DNA of 51,131 bases from Pseudomonadota bacterium (GTDB lineage Bacteria; Desulfobacterota; Desulfobacteria; Desulfobacterales; RPRI01). The stretch covers positions 1-51,131 of the forward strand of contig JBDRRF010000029.1 of assembly GCA_043825875.1 (NCBI GenBank), given 5' to 3'. The notes beneath the pieces were generated by a model. The model searched no databases and was not told where the DNA came from. It worked only from the letters and a program-made list of their open reading frames with translations. This document shows, piece after piece, positions 20,101 to 29,990 of this stretch. Position numbers and translations under genes: made by a program. How positions within the stretch are numbered: the stretch's first letter is position 1; each line of letters begins with the position of its first letter.

Positions 20101-21593
20101 TAAGACGTGGAGGAAGGTCGTATTATGCTATAAATATTACCGATGATGATCCTACTAAGTGGTCTTTTGCGTGGGAAATAAGTAACAGCACAACAGGTAT
20201 GGAAGAGCTTGGATACACAATGGGTATACCAAAGCATCTTAGGATAGTAAAAGCTTCTTCCGTTGAAGATATCTTGATGATACCAGGCGGATACGATACA
20301 AACGAAGACAGAAACCCGGACGAAGAAGATGATTATTATCTTACCGACAGTCATGAAGATACCATGGGGCGCGGCATCTTTCTTGTCAAGGCCAGTGACG
20401 GAAGTCTTTTAGACGGCTCATATTTCAGTATCGGGCGACAATTTGTGCGGGATGATATTAGCAATCCAAGTGATATTACCCAGTATATGAAATATTGCTT
20501 TGCTGCTGATCCTACTATTGTATCAGATTCTAAAGGTTACGTGCTTGCAATATATATGGCGGATCTTTACGGACAGGTATGGAAGTTTTCGCCTGAATAT
20601 GATGAAGACACAAAAATTTTCAAATATTTCAACTTGAATCTTATATTTAAAACGAATCCGATGAGTGTGCAGAAATCAGCATATGAATATAGAGATGCTT
20701 TTAAAGAATGGGTATCCGGTGATGATCCGAGGGCTCTTGGCCTTATCAGTTTTCCGATAGTAAGCCCCAGAAAAACTTTTTACAGCCCGGATGTTTCTTA
20801 TGCCGGAAACTGCTATACAGATCTTCCTGTTCTTTATATGGGAACAGGCGACAGGGAGCATCCGACCTATGTTGGTTCCCATTTGAACCCAAGCAAAGAT
20901 TATAGAGTAAAAAATGGAGTCTACGCTTTTTATGATGCACATGCTGATTTCAAGCTTAAAAATCCGACAGGCACTTATGCTGATGGTAGTGACTATTTTA
21001 CGGAAGCTAATCTGCTGAATGTTACATGCGGAGCATTGGAACCAGATCTTGAGTTATTTGCTGATACAATGGAAAATTTGCAGACAAAGGCCAATATTGA
21101 GACTTTTCTGAGAGAAAAAACCAATGGGTGGTATATTCTGTTTTCGGACTTGGATGGATGTGCCGATGTGGACAATGATGTTGATTTTACTACGAAAACA
21201 GAATTCGATGGTACGAAATGTATATCTCCGGTAACATTGTTTGCAAAAGTTCTTTATGTTCCCACATTCCAGCCGATGGAATCGACTGGTGATCCCTGTG
21301 TATATACTAATGTAGCCAGATTAATGGCTCTTAAATACTGCACAGGAAATGCCGCCTATAATTTTTATACTGGTAATGATGACAAAACGGACCCTGATAA
21401 CGTTAAAGCGAAGTATACAAGGCTTGATAGATATCTTAAAATAGGAAATCATATACCTTCCGGAGTATCCATAGTAATTAGGTTTGGTAAAGCGGCGGGC
21501 TTCATATCTGTGGGTGGAAAAATATATCCTCTGCCTGAAGTTGATATGCCCGGCTCAATGATTCCTTTTTACTGGAAAGAGTATAATAATTAA
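17199..21593 (+). CDS. pilY1: Type IV pilus tip adhesin PilY1 (vWA + CUB-like insert + beta-propeller)
   Basis: Signal peptide; MIDAS DSSGS/GGTPL/LTDG; propeller motifs WTGNLKKY, GPIIHSTP, GANDGMLH, YTVDGSP, GLRRGG, GTGDRE. RBS AAGGAGG favours the ATG at 17199 over 17169. Confidence 0.92.
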   Translation: MITNRKSLDETNSGIRIKPGVLWCFLLMFLMSVCSTVSFADDTDIYKPKVKHNVMILMDSSGSMAWPLYDNTIEYATFFNYICDNSGDWTDSKDSSGLHGTSATYYPSAKKAARTKIYLIYGNTGYANTLTGDSGDPDRAWYIDGSADMHTYLNADGEFEDEEGDKPGDAAYGGRISTVVDATTGKTMITVDGQRLPNGKDVELHNWYQNYDGSRIDKGLSGMLQAPGNYFSGYFYDGSGPEDTGAGDKDELVTNSASTYTSNPSAADTDWYGREKCYFFATGNWINMQMIFNLSVYVGSTWQDAWKTCKFTPGLTYETVPYNAVSKNYPAYAPIVDYDSNADSTVNYEVYNMLSSRIRVHFSDIRLSSKDRLLFYDENGDKDEDASWDKEYVAASTDKWSEWVDGTKIQLRFITSKKSSGSRWKIDKYQYESIGASGTYSFDIRIDVARSAIIDVLETTRGKINWGLMAFDKSGGADGGQLPPNQPINGSFNDDAVKNSIIEQLSHIDAIGGTPLGEALQDVLIHFNHHIPLIHRDCNKNFVITLTDGFPSADTEWERISGLNFHTNTALHDSVQYTLDPMQYSSPANDYYDDIAGYLYTHSWLDFTEIVPSLSPYTADELEAARKSSADNITVHNIGFSMDQPMLQHASDLGGGLYLTAYSKSQLVNAFHSLGLMIGEYTAYTAPVVSVDEANRVQSGNKLYMAVFKPNEDVYWTGNLKKYGLLYGEATGCDNGEDWYVVDRNDMEATDCDGNMIEASSSYWSTTDGGDVEKGGVGQLVYESIPDISEFETSIITSSNVTHRYITTNIGSALVTVGNDTLSYAALGLAPADDIGRAKIVNFLYGYTYNASDGTDGKTLGAPVEKSSWPMGPIIHSTPKIIDYFDGGTLKKRLIAVGANDGMLHVFDDTEGTGNGQEVFAFVPSSVLVYMNQFDPDLPVPNTKVYTVDGSPIVVNLADNTKLLVFGLRRGGRSYYAINITDDDPTKWSFAWEISNSTTGMEELGYTMGIPKHLRIVKASSVEDILMIPGGYDTNEDRNPDEEDDYYLTDSHEDTMGRGIFLVKASDGSLLDGSYFSIGRQFVRDDISNPSDITQYMKYCFAADPTIVSDSKGYVLAIYMADLYGQVWKFSPEYDEDTKIFKYFNLNLIFKTNPMSVQKSAYEYRDAFKEWVSGDDPRALGLISFPIVSPRKTFYSPDVSYAGNCYTDLPVLYMGTGDREHPTYVGSHLNPSKDYRVKNGVYAFYDAHADFKLKNPTGTYADGSDYFTEANLLNVTCGALEPDLELFADTMENLQTKANIETFLREKTNGWYILFSDLDGCADVDNDVDFTTKTEFDGTKCISPVTLFAKVLYVPTFQPMESTGDPCVYTNVARLMALKYCTGNAAYNFYTGNDDKTDPDNVKAKYTRLDRYLKIGNHIPSGVSIVIRFGKAAGFISVGGKIYPLPEVDMPGSMIPFYWKEYNN

Positions 21594-21609
21594 TAAGGAG
21601 GTGAGTATC

Positions 21610-21921
21610 ATGAAAAGCAGAAAAGTAATTATGATTCTTTCATTGGTTATTTTGGTAGTTTCTTGCACTTATAGCTATGCAATTGTGCTTGCGGAAGGTA
21701 CAGATTTTGCTAAAGGAGTTATTTCCAAAATCAATTCCACAGACATGTCTGTCAGGGTTGATACACAACGTTATTACTTCAAGGATGCTTCCGAAATGGA
21801 GAGAATATTAAAAACAAATAACATTTCAGAAGACCAAAAGGTTATAATGTTTTATAAAATAATTAAAGGTAAAAAGTTGATTATAAACATCATGGAAGAC
21901 AAACGAGAATCCTTCTTTTAA
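21610..21921 (+). CDS. Small exported protein, PilY2-like by position and beta-rich character
   Basis: RBS AGGAGGTG then ATG at 21610; signal peptide; 'KGVISKIN...VRVDTQRY'; directly after pilY1. Confidence 0.55.
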   Translation: MKSRKVIMILSLVILVVSCTYSYAIVLAEGTDFAKGVISKINSTDMSVRVDTQRYYFKDASEMERILKTNNISEDQKVIMFYKIIKGKKLIINIMEDKRESFF

Positions 21922-21932
21922 TGCCAAATGTT

Positions 21933-22032
21933 TCGTAAAGAGTCCGTCAATTATTTATAAGTGCTTACAGACGGACTCTTTACGAGGATATATATTATAT
22001 GCAGTATTTAAAAAAATAACTGCATATAATAT
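21933..22032. repeat. Two adjacent long hairpins ending the pilus operon
   Basis: Perfect 16-bp inverted repeat TCGTAAAGAGTCCGTC (21933-21948 / 21970-21985) and 14-bp inverted repeat ATATTATATGCAGT (21992-22005 / 22019-22032). Confidence 0.8.
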
Positions 22033-22149
22033 TACTGAACGTTTTTATAACTAGCAACTTAGCAGTAGATAAAGTGATAAAGGAAGAGGAAACCCATATA
22101 AAGGCTGTTTATAAGATCTTTTAAAAAATTGCTCTAAAATAAAAAATGC

Positions 22150-22178
22150 TTGAAATTATATTACATTCATATTATCCT
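22150..22178 (+). promoter_or_regulatory. Candidate sigma70 promoter
   Basis: TTGAAA-17 nt-TATCCT upstream of the 22253 gene. Confidence 0.45.
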
Positions 22179-22252
22179 TTATTTCAAAACTGTTATAAAT
22201 AGTGATAAGCGGTATATGAATAGTAATAAGTGATTAAGTGTTTGAGGGGGAT

Positions 22253-23170
22253 ATGAATAAAAAATATATCATAATGTGCATACTGGCTATCCTTATTGCA
22301 GTTGGTTACTTTTCTTATAAAGATCACTCTAAAGAAGAAAAAATAAAGAAATGGAATGAAAAGGAATCTGCCCGGATGGTTGATATTGTCAATAAAAGTC
22401 CGATAGCAGGGCTTAGCAAAATGGGTCGAAGTATTGAAAGATATTATGCCGATAAAAAAAAGTATCCTGAAGTACTTATCGATCTTTATCCTGAATATAT
22501 TGCTAATAAGGCTTTTATTGAAGATGTGATATGGGAATATGTTCCCGGCAAGAATAATTTTAAGCTAAGTAAAAGTGTGATACTTGAAGGCAAAACACTG
22601 GTTGCATCGATAGATAAAAATCTTAAGCCGGTATCAGGAAAGAAGATTTTTGTTGCATCGTCAAAAGACGCAGCTTCGCCAAATAAAAAAGCAGCATCTT
22701 CCGATATTTCTGATCTTGTTTCCAGGCTTGCTGCAGCGGTTTCTGAAAAGGAAGAAAAAATAATTTCTGCTCAGCTGATCGAACCTCAGTTTTCACTTGT
22801 TAAGGAAACTGAAAATGTGGTGGATTTTGAAAATAAAATTAGCCGTAAATATCTTGTCTGGAAAGACAACAAGGGAGTTAGAGGTTTTGGCAATGTTCAG
22901 TATCCGCATATTGCAAGAATCTCAATATATAGTGATGGAAAATGTTATGATGTGAAGAGATCTACAACAGCTAAAAAAACTTTAGCATCTGATGAAAAAA
23001 TTTCCGGGAATAAAAGAAACCTTGATGTTATAGCTTCAGCGCAGAGCGGAAAATACCTTGTATGGAAAGATAAAAATGGAACCTTGGGTTTTGGTAATCT
23101 GCAATATCCTGATAAAAAAGACATAGCTTATGTAAATATCGATGGGAAATGGCAGAAAGCCGGAAGTTGA
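22253..23170 (+). CDS. Membrane-anchored hypothetical protein with a pilin-like helix and a duplicated C-terminal repeat
   Basis: N-terminal TM; 'IERYYADKKKYP..L.DL.P.YI'; two copies of KYLVWKDxxGxxGFGNxQYP. RBS GAGGGG favours the ATG at 22253. Confidence 0.8.
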   Translation: MNKKYIIMCILAILIAVGYFSYKDHSKEEKIKKWNEKESARMVDIVNKSPIAGLSKMGRSIERYYADKKKYPEVLIDLYPEYIANKAFIEDVIWEYVPGKNNFKLSKSVILEGKTLVASIDKNLKPVSGKKIFVASSKDAASPNKKAASSDISDLVSRLAAAVSEKEEKIISAQLIEPQFSLVKETENVVDFENKISRKYLVWKDNKGVRGFGNVQYPHIARISIYSDGKCYDVKRSTTAKKTLASDEKISGNKRNLDVIASAQSGKYLVWKDKNGTLGFGNLQYPDKKDIAYVNIDGKWQKAGS

Positions 23171-23187
23171 CATATAAGGAGAGGCAT

Positions 23188-23679
23188 ATGAAAGAAGAAC
23201 TTACATTAGGCCTTAATAAATTAAAAGAAAACAAAGGCGTTACTTTGATGGAACTTATGCTTGTAATGGCAATCATAGGCATCCTTGTGGCAATTGGTTC
23301 TGATATGTTCTTAAGCTACAGGGCGAAAGCCTATGATTCTGCGGCATTAAGCGACGGCAGGCAATTGATAAATGCCGTAATGAATAGTATAGTCTCTTAT
23401 GATGATGTTGATTATTCTCATGATCCGGACGACGGAGTTCGTATTGGTGCGACTACAAATGATGGAAACAGCAGAGATCCTATATTGTTCCTTTCTCAAA
23501 ATACAAAGGCATATATTGAAGATAATAGTGATGCAAACTTTGTTCGTATAGAAGCTACGTTATATAGCGATGGTGGAACACCGGATACGATAAATCCTGA
23601 TAGTATAGCTGGAAGAAGAGAATATTATTGTATTTTTGACGAGGAAATTGGATTGTCTTCATTTTCGCTTGCCCCTTAG
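23188..23679 (+). CDS. Type IVa pilin (PilA/PilE-like)
   Basis: RBS AGGAGAGG; G|VTLMELMLVMAIIGILVAIG...FLSYRAKAYDSAALSD. Confidence 0.85.
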   Translation: MKEELTLGLNKLKENKGVTLMELMLVMAIIGILVAIGSDMFLSYRAKAYDSAALSDGRQLINAVMNSIVSYDDVDYSHDPDDGVRIGATTNDGNSRDPILFLSQNTKAYIEDNSDANFVRIEATLYSDGGTPDTINPDSIAGRREYYCIFDEEIGLSSFSLAP

Positions 23680-23809
23680 ATAATTAAGGGGAAAATTCCT
23701 TCTCCCAACCGGATAAAGCCAATGGTTTGAGTATAAAAATAACCCAAGGGAAAATCTTTAACTTATTCTTCTCCAACCTTTAAGAAGTTTCCCTCGATGG
23801 CTTCACCCA

Positions 23810-24853
23810 TTATTCTACAGGGTATCTAACCGCTGCTCCAGTAAATATTTCTCTATCGGATCTTGTAATAACAGCTGATGCTGTAGTTTGTTCTGAAATA
23901 AGAACGAATAACTTTCCGAAATCAACCGGAGCAAGATATGTTGATACTAAACTATCAGGAGAAATATTTTCCTTTTCTCTGTAATATATATGATAAAACT
24001 GCCCCGGCTTTATCCCGTCTTTTTCACCTTTGTCTATAAAAACTATCGTATTATCACCAATTAGTTCTTTTGTTTCTTCCGGGACTAAAATACTGCATTC
24101 AATTTCTTTATTACTCTCAATTATTGGTATTTTGGGAGATCTTGGTTCATAAGGCATCAATAAATCATTGATGGCAATTTCTCTGAAAGATTTTAATACC
24201 TCTGCAATAACATAAAGAGGTTCAACTGTCTTAATTTCCACTATGCCGGTGAGGTAATGCTGCTTCCCTGCTGAGCCTGGCGTACTGTCTGCTAAGGGTT
24301 CAAATGTGCGGTAAACCGTATATTTGGAACCAGGCACAAAATCAGAATTGTTTTCATTTTTTACATATACAAGATCCCCTTCGCTGATTACTACTTTGTC
24401 ATCTTTTACTTTAAATATTGAACCATTGGGTGAGACCGGTTCTTTTTTTATAAATCCTATACTGTCTATAGCAGGATAATTAAAGTATAATATATCCTTT
24501 TCGCAGGTATTTTCAGACTGTGAATTGCTATCTTCCGGTGATTGATCTTCATTAAGAATTAAATCTGATTCCCTATTATAGAAAAGACGCAGCATGTCGC
24601 CCGGTTCAATAAAATGAGGGTTTTTAATATACTTGTTTTCTTTCCAGAGTTCCGGCCATACCCAGGGAGAATCAAAATATTTTTTTGAAATATCCCATAG
24701 CGTATCACCCTTTTGTATTGTGTAGTAAACACCAATTTCATGCTCAAGTGTTTCCTGGTTTTCGATAGCATAGAGTGAAGCAGGAATAACTATCATTGAG
24801 GTTAATATGCAAGTAACTGTAATAATAATTTTGTGTTTTAAAATATTGCGCAT
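23810..24853 (-). CDS. tsaP: LysM peptidoglycan-binding protein, TsaP-like (T4P secretin-associated)
   Basis: Signal peptide; LysM 'YTIQKGDTLWDISKKYFDSPWVWPELWKENKYIKNPHFIEPGD'; beta-rich C-terminus; adjacent to the pilus genes. Confidence 0.7.
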   Translation of the reverse strand: MRNILKHKIIITVTCILTSMIVIPASLYAIENQETLEHEIGVYYTIQKGDTLWDISKKYFDSPWVWPELWKENKYIKNPHFIEPGDMLRLFYNRESDLILNEDQSPEDSNSQSENTCEKDILYFNYPAIDSIGFIKKEPVSPNGSIFKVKDDKVVISEGDLVYVKNENNSDFVPGSKYTVYRTFEPLADSTPGSAGKQHYLTGIVEIKTVEPLYVIAEVLKSFREIAINDLLMPYEPRSPKIPIIESNKEIECSILVPEETKELIGDNTIVFIDKGEKDGIKPGQFYHIYYREKENISPDSLVSTYLAPVDFGKLFVLISEQTTASAVITRSDREIFTGAAVRYPVE

Positions 24854-25008
24854 AAATCACCTCTATATGTTTTGCAGATTAGAGATTAATATTAGGTGGA
24901 CTGCAATTTGATTATTAAGGCTTTTAGCTGACATTATTGGTAATTATTAATTTGAAAATACTTGTTTGTCAAGTATATTATCAATATGTCGTATGATTAT
25001 GGTAAGAG

Positions 25009-25036
25009 AGTCAGGCATTAAAATAAATGCCTGACT
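25009..25036. terminator. Secondary hairpin downstream of groEL
   Basis: 11-bp inverted repeat AGTCAGGCATT / AATGCCTGACT. Confidence 0.5.
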
Positions 25037-25063
25037 TGCTATGTTCGATTATAGCGTTTGTAA

Positions 25064-25108
25064 AAATAAAAAAAAGCTCCTGTGAATTTTAGAAAACACA
25101 GGAGCTTT
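25064..25108 (-). terminator. Intrinsic terminator of groESL
   Basis: 12-bp inverted repeat AAAGCTCCTGTG / CACAGGAGCTTT followed by a T tract on the minus strand. Confidence 0.85.
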
Positions 25109-25134
25109 ATATTTATAATGGGTTTATTATGAAA

Positions 25135-26799
<1,665 letters not shown>

Positions 26800-26833
26800 C
26801 TATCCTCCGTTTATATGTTTATAGCCATTTAAA

Positions 26834-27121
26834 TTACTCAATTATACCCAGCACATCATCTTCGCGCATGATAAGGTATTCATCTCCTTCTATTTTTACC
26901 TCAGTGCCAGAATATTTACCGAACAGAATTGTATCTCCCTTTTTAATTTCAAGAGGAATCTTTTTGCCGTCTTCACCGATTTTTCCGTTGCCAACTGCTA
27001 TAACTTTACCCTCAGCCGGTTTTTCTTTGGCTGTGTCCGGAATAATAATTCCTCCCTTAGTGGTTGCAAGTTCTTCAACACGCTGTACCAAAATTCGATC
27101 ATGTAATGGTTTAAGCTTCAT
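26834..27121 (-). CDS. groS: Co-chaperonin GroES
   Basis: [31 protein letters not shown]. Confidence 0.99.
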   Translation of the reverse strand: MKLKPLHDRILVQRVEELATTKGGIIIPDTAKEKPAEGKVIAVGNGKIGEDGKKIPLEIKKGDTILFGKYSGTEVKIEGDEYLIMREDDVLGIIE

Positions 27122-27428
27122 GGTTTCAGTTCTCCTTTTTATTTTACGAATTATAACTTATTATTATTTATAGAAACTGCCTGATTTCATAATTAAAATG
27201 AACAAAAACGGTCTAAATATATTCTATCTTTAAGCCACCCCCCTTCAAAATATAAATTCATTTGTGTTTAAATGTGACTTTCAGATTTAATAAATATTTT
27301 TATGACTATAATCATGCTTTTCTGTTTGTAAAGGGATGGTATAGTACTTTCTTTATAAATATCGATGAATTAATATAAACATTGTTATAAAAACTGTTGA
27401 TATAAACAATTTCCTTTTTAGAGACAGG

Positions 27429-27698
27429 CTATTCTGTTTTTGTTTTAGGGTTGCTATCGGATTTCTTAGAATCAGATATATTTTCGGTCTTTGGGGGAGG
27501 AGGTGCAGAACCTTGCGATTTGCCTGCATAGTCAGTTACATACCAACCGCTTCCCTTAAGCTGGAAGGTAGAGTGTGACATAAGTTTATGAAGTTTTCCA
27601 GAGCATGATTTGCATTTGGATAGTGGTTTATCCGAAAATTTCTGGATAACTTCTTCAATTTTGCCACATTTTGCGCATTCGTATTCATAAATGGGCAT
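27429..27698 (-). CDS. FmdB-family zinc ribbon protein
   Basis: MPIYEYECAKC...CKSC...FQLKGSGWYVTDY. Confidence 0.9.
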   Translation of the reverse strand: MPIYEYECAKCGKIEEVIQKFSDKPLSKCKSCSGKLHKLMSHSTFQLKGSGWYVTDYAGKSQGSAPPPPKTENISDSKKSDSNPKTKTE

Positions 27699-27862
27699 AG
27701 CAATATTCCTCCTTACCGATATTTTGTTCGTAAAACGACAAAAATTTTATTATGATATAAATTAATGCAATTAATATAGTCAGTATTGTGTGGTTGTCAA
27801 GAAAATGAATGTGTTTTTTATATATTATATAATTAACTAATTTATAAAGCTTTTTATTAAAA

Positions 27863-28420
27863 TTAATCTTGTGGTTCTTCTTGCAGACCATCAACAGGAA
27901 TACGCCATTTGTCATAAAACTTAAAAACACTTGAAAGTCCGATCAGTTTGATGGATTTAAGTATTTCATGAGTATTGTAATGAACTCTTGTTTCTTCAGC
28001 CATCTTCTCTTCATAGGAAGCGCTGAAATTTTGGAGATATTCACTGAACCTTACGATATGGACAAGTTCGTGTGTGATTATATAAAGCAAAAAAGGATAA
28101 AGCTTTATTGGTGGTGATTTTTTTACAACAGAAAGTATGGAATTGTCCTGAAGACAGATTTTATAAAAATCATATGTTGATGAACTAAGAGATGAATTTT
28201 TTGGTTGAGCTTTATATTTTATTATCTGAGCGAAAGGGCCGGCAACAATTTCCTCTGTTGAAAGATTTGCAAGCGTCTTTATATCGTAGCGTTTTCTAAG
28301 CCATTGGCTGGTGGATAATTTATAATATTCGCTTACAAGCTCTTCGGATATTTCAGCAGCCTCGTTTACAGTTTTAATCTGTCTTGGGTTAAATTTTGAA
28401 AGTTTTTCGATATAATTCAT
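27863..28420 (-). CDS. Hypothetical protein with HExxH (zincin-like) motif
   Basis: 185-aa ORF; 'IITHELVHIVRF' followed by 'AEETRVH'. Confidence 0.7.
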   Translation of the reverse strand: MNYIEKLSKFNPRQIKTVNEAAEISEELVSEYYKLSTSQWLRKRYDIKTLANLSTEEIVAGPFAQIIKYKAQPKNSSLSSSTYDFYKICLQDNSILSVVKKSPPIKLYPFLLYIITHELVHIVRFSEYLQNFSASYEEKMAEETRVHYNTHEILKSIKLIGLSSVFKFYDKWRIPVDGLQEEPQD

Positions 28421-28808
28421 AATTATGTTATTAATGATTTATACATTAAAATCAAATAAATATTTTTAACATGATATCATATTATTCGATTTTTATAAAT
28501 TGGGTACGAAACTGACAACTACGATTCAAAAGGCTTGCTGAAAAATTTAAGCGAATTGCGTGAAAGCGCAAATATAAACTTTATATTTGATAATAAAAAA
28601 ATATGGACAAAGATTAAATAATAGTGTTAGTAAGTTTTTGTTAAATTAAAACGGTAATATTCAATAAAATTATTTTGCCGGTTGTTTGCTAATTTATTTA
28701 AAAAATTTAAAAAAATAGATTGAAAGTTCTGTGAATTTTCTTTATATATAATAAAATTATCGGTTTTAGAAGAAATTATAATTATATAGGAATATAGGAG
28801 GTGATCTG

Positions 28809-28907
28809 TTGGGTAGCGTAATAAAAAAGCGAAGGAAAAAAATGAGAAGGCATAAGCATAAAAAGCTTTTAGCCCGTACGCGGCATCAGAGAAGAAAAGG
28901 TAAATAA
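28809..28907 (+). CDS. Small basic ribosomal protein, bS22/mS38 (AURKAIP1/COX24, DUF1713) family, 32 aa
   Basis: RBS GGAGGTG, TTG start, MGSVIKKRRKKMRRHKHKKLLARTRHQRRKGK*. Below the ORF-track size cut-off. Confidence 0.9.
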   Translation: MGSVIKKRRKKMRRHKHKKLLARTRHQRRKGK

Positions 28908-28947
28908 AGCTACCTGCGGTCTCTTATTTATTTAGTGTTTAATATAT

Positions 28948-28980
28948 AAAAAGCGCCTTTTTTTATGTAGGCGCTTTTTT
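28948..28980. terminator. Bidirectional intrinsic terminator between the bS22-like gene and hflC
   Basis: AAAAAGCGCCT / AGGCGCTTTTT inverted repeat with A and T tracts on both sides. Confidence 0.8.
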
Positions 28981-29045
28981 ATATTGGCTTATATAAAGTT
29001 TTTTTTTGACTTACTGAAAAAATTCAAAACCAGGCTGCTGTAAAA

Positions 29046-29990
29046 TTATTTTTGATATCCTTTAAGATATTTAAATAATTCCGAATCAGTTGTAAGTACA
29101 AGTGAGCTGTCTTTGCTCAATGATTCATTATAAACCTCAAGGGTTTTTACAAAAGAATAGAAAGCCGGATCAGCACCGAATGCTTTAGCGTATATCTTGG
29201 TTGCTTCGGCATCAGCCTTACCTTTAAGTTCCTGTGCCTTTTTATATGCTTCTGAGGTTATTTGTTTTAAGTCACGCTCTTTTTCTCCGATAATTTTTTG
29301 AGCTTCCCCATGCCCTTCCGAGCGGAATTTTTCGGCTATTTGTTTCCGTTCCGCAATCATTCGGCCATATACTGATTCTCTGACCTCCCTTACATAATTA
29401 ATGCGTTTGATCTTAACATCAACCAGCTCGATGCCGAATTGAGCCAGTTTAGGTTGTGCCTGTTCGAGAATATCTTGCATAATAACTTCTCTTCCGGTAG
29501 TAATTTTGTATAACGGCCTGGACTTTTTTTCCGTAATTTCTATGCCCGCTTCAAAAGTATCAAGTTCTCTGTTGCTCCTGCGCACTGTTTCTATAAGCTT
29601 GTAGGATGTAATAAGATTTCTTAGGGCAGGATCTATTATATCGTCAAGCCGCCCAAGAGCACTATTTACAGTAGTTACGGTCTGAAAAAATTTTACCGGA
29701 TCAACTATTTTCCAGCGGGCAAATGTATCAATCCATAGATATGTTTTGTCAAGAGTTGGTATCTGTCCTGGCTTGCCGTCCCATTGTAAGAGGTTTTTAG
29801 GAAAATAATTTACTTCCTGAAAAAGCGGAATTTTAAAATAAATTCCAGGTTCTTTTATGGGAGATCTGATTACTTTTCCGAATTGTGTTACAATTACCTG
29901 TTCTGTTTCATCTACGATAAAAGCGGAACCTAATGTAACAAAAATTGCGATTATACAACCTATTAATATGGAGATATCTCTAGTTTTCAT
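29046..29990 (-). CDS. hflC: FtsH modulator HflC
   Basis: N-terminal TM; SPFH domain; 'VYGRMIAERKQIA..FRSEG', 'DPAFYSF'. Confidence 0.95.
   Translation of the reverse strand: MKTRDISILIGCIIAIFVTLGSAFIVDETEQVIVTQFGKVIRSPIKEPGIYFKIPLFQEVNYFPKNLLQWDGKPGQIPTLDKTYLWIDTFARWKIVDPVKFFQTVTTVNSALGRLDDIIDPALRNLITSYKLIETVRRSNRELDTFEAGIEITEKKSRPLYKITTGREVIMQDILEQAQPKLAQFGIELVDVKIKRINYVREVRESVYGRMIAERKQIAEKFRSEGHGEAQKIIGEKERDLKQITSEAYKKAQELKGKADAEATKIYAKAFGADPAFYSFVKTLEVYNESLSKDSSLVLTTDSELFKYLKGYQK

Noticed and set aside
23685..23795. Imperfect direct and inverted repeats (AAGGGAAAAT...CTTCTCCAACC) between convergent genes
   Set aside because: Only two degenerate copies; most likely a weak terminator region, not a CRISPR array or att site.
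28500..28575. Small hairpin TTGCG-TGAAAG-CGCAA as a possible riboswitch
   Set aside because: Too short, and it lacks the conserved elements of c-di-GMP or other riboswitches I can recognise.
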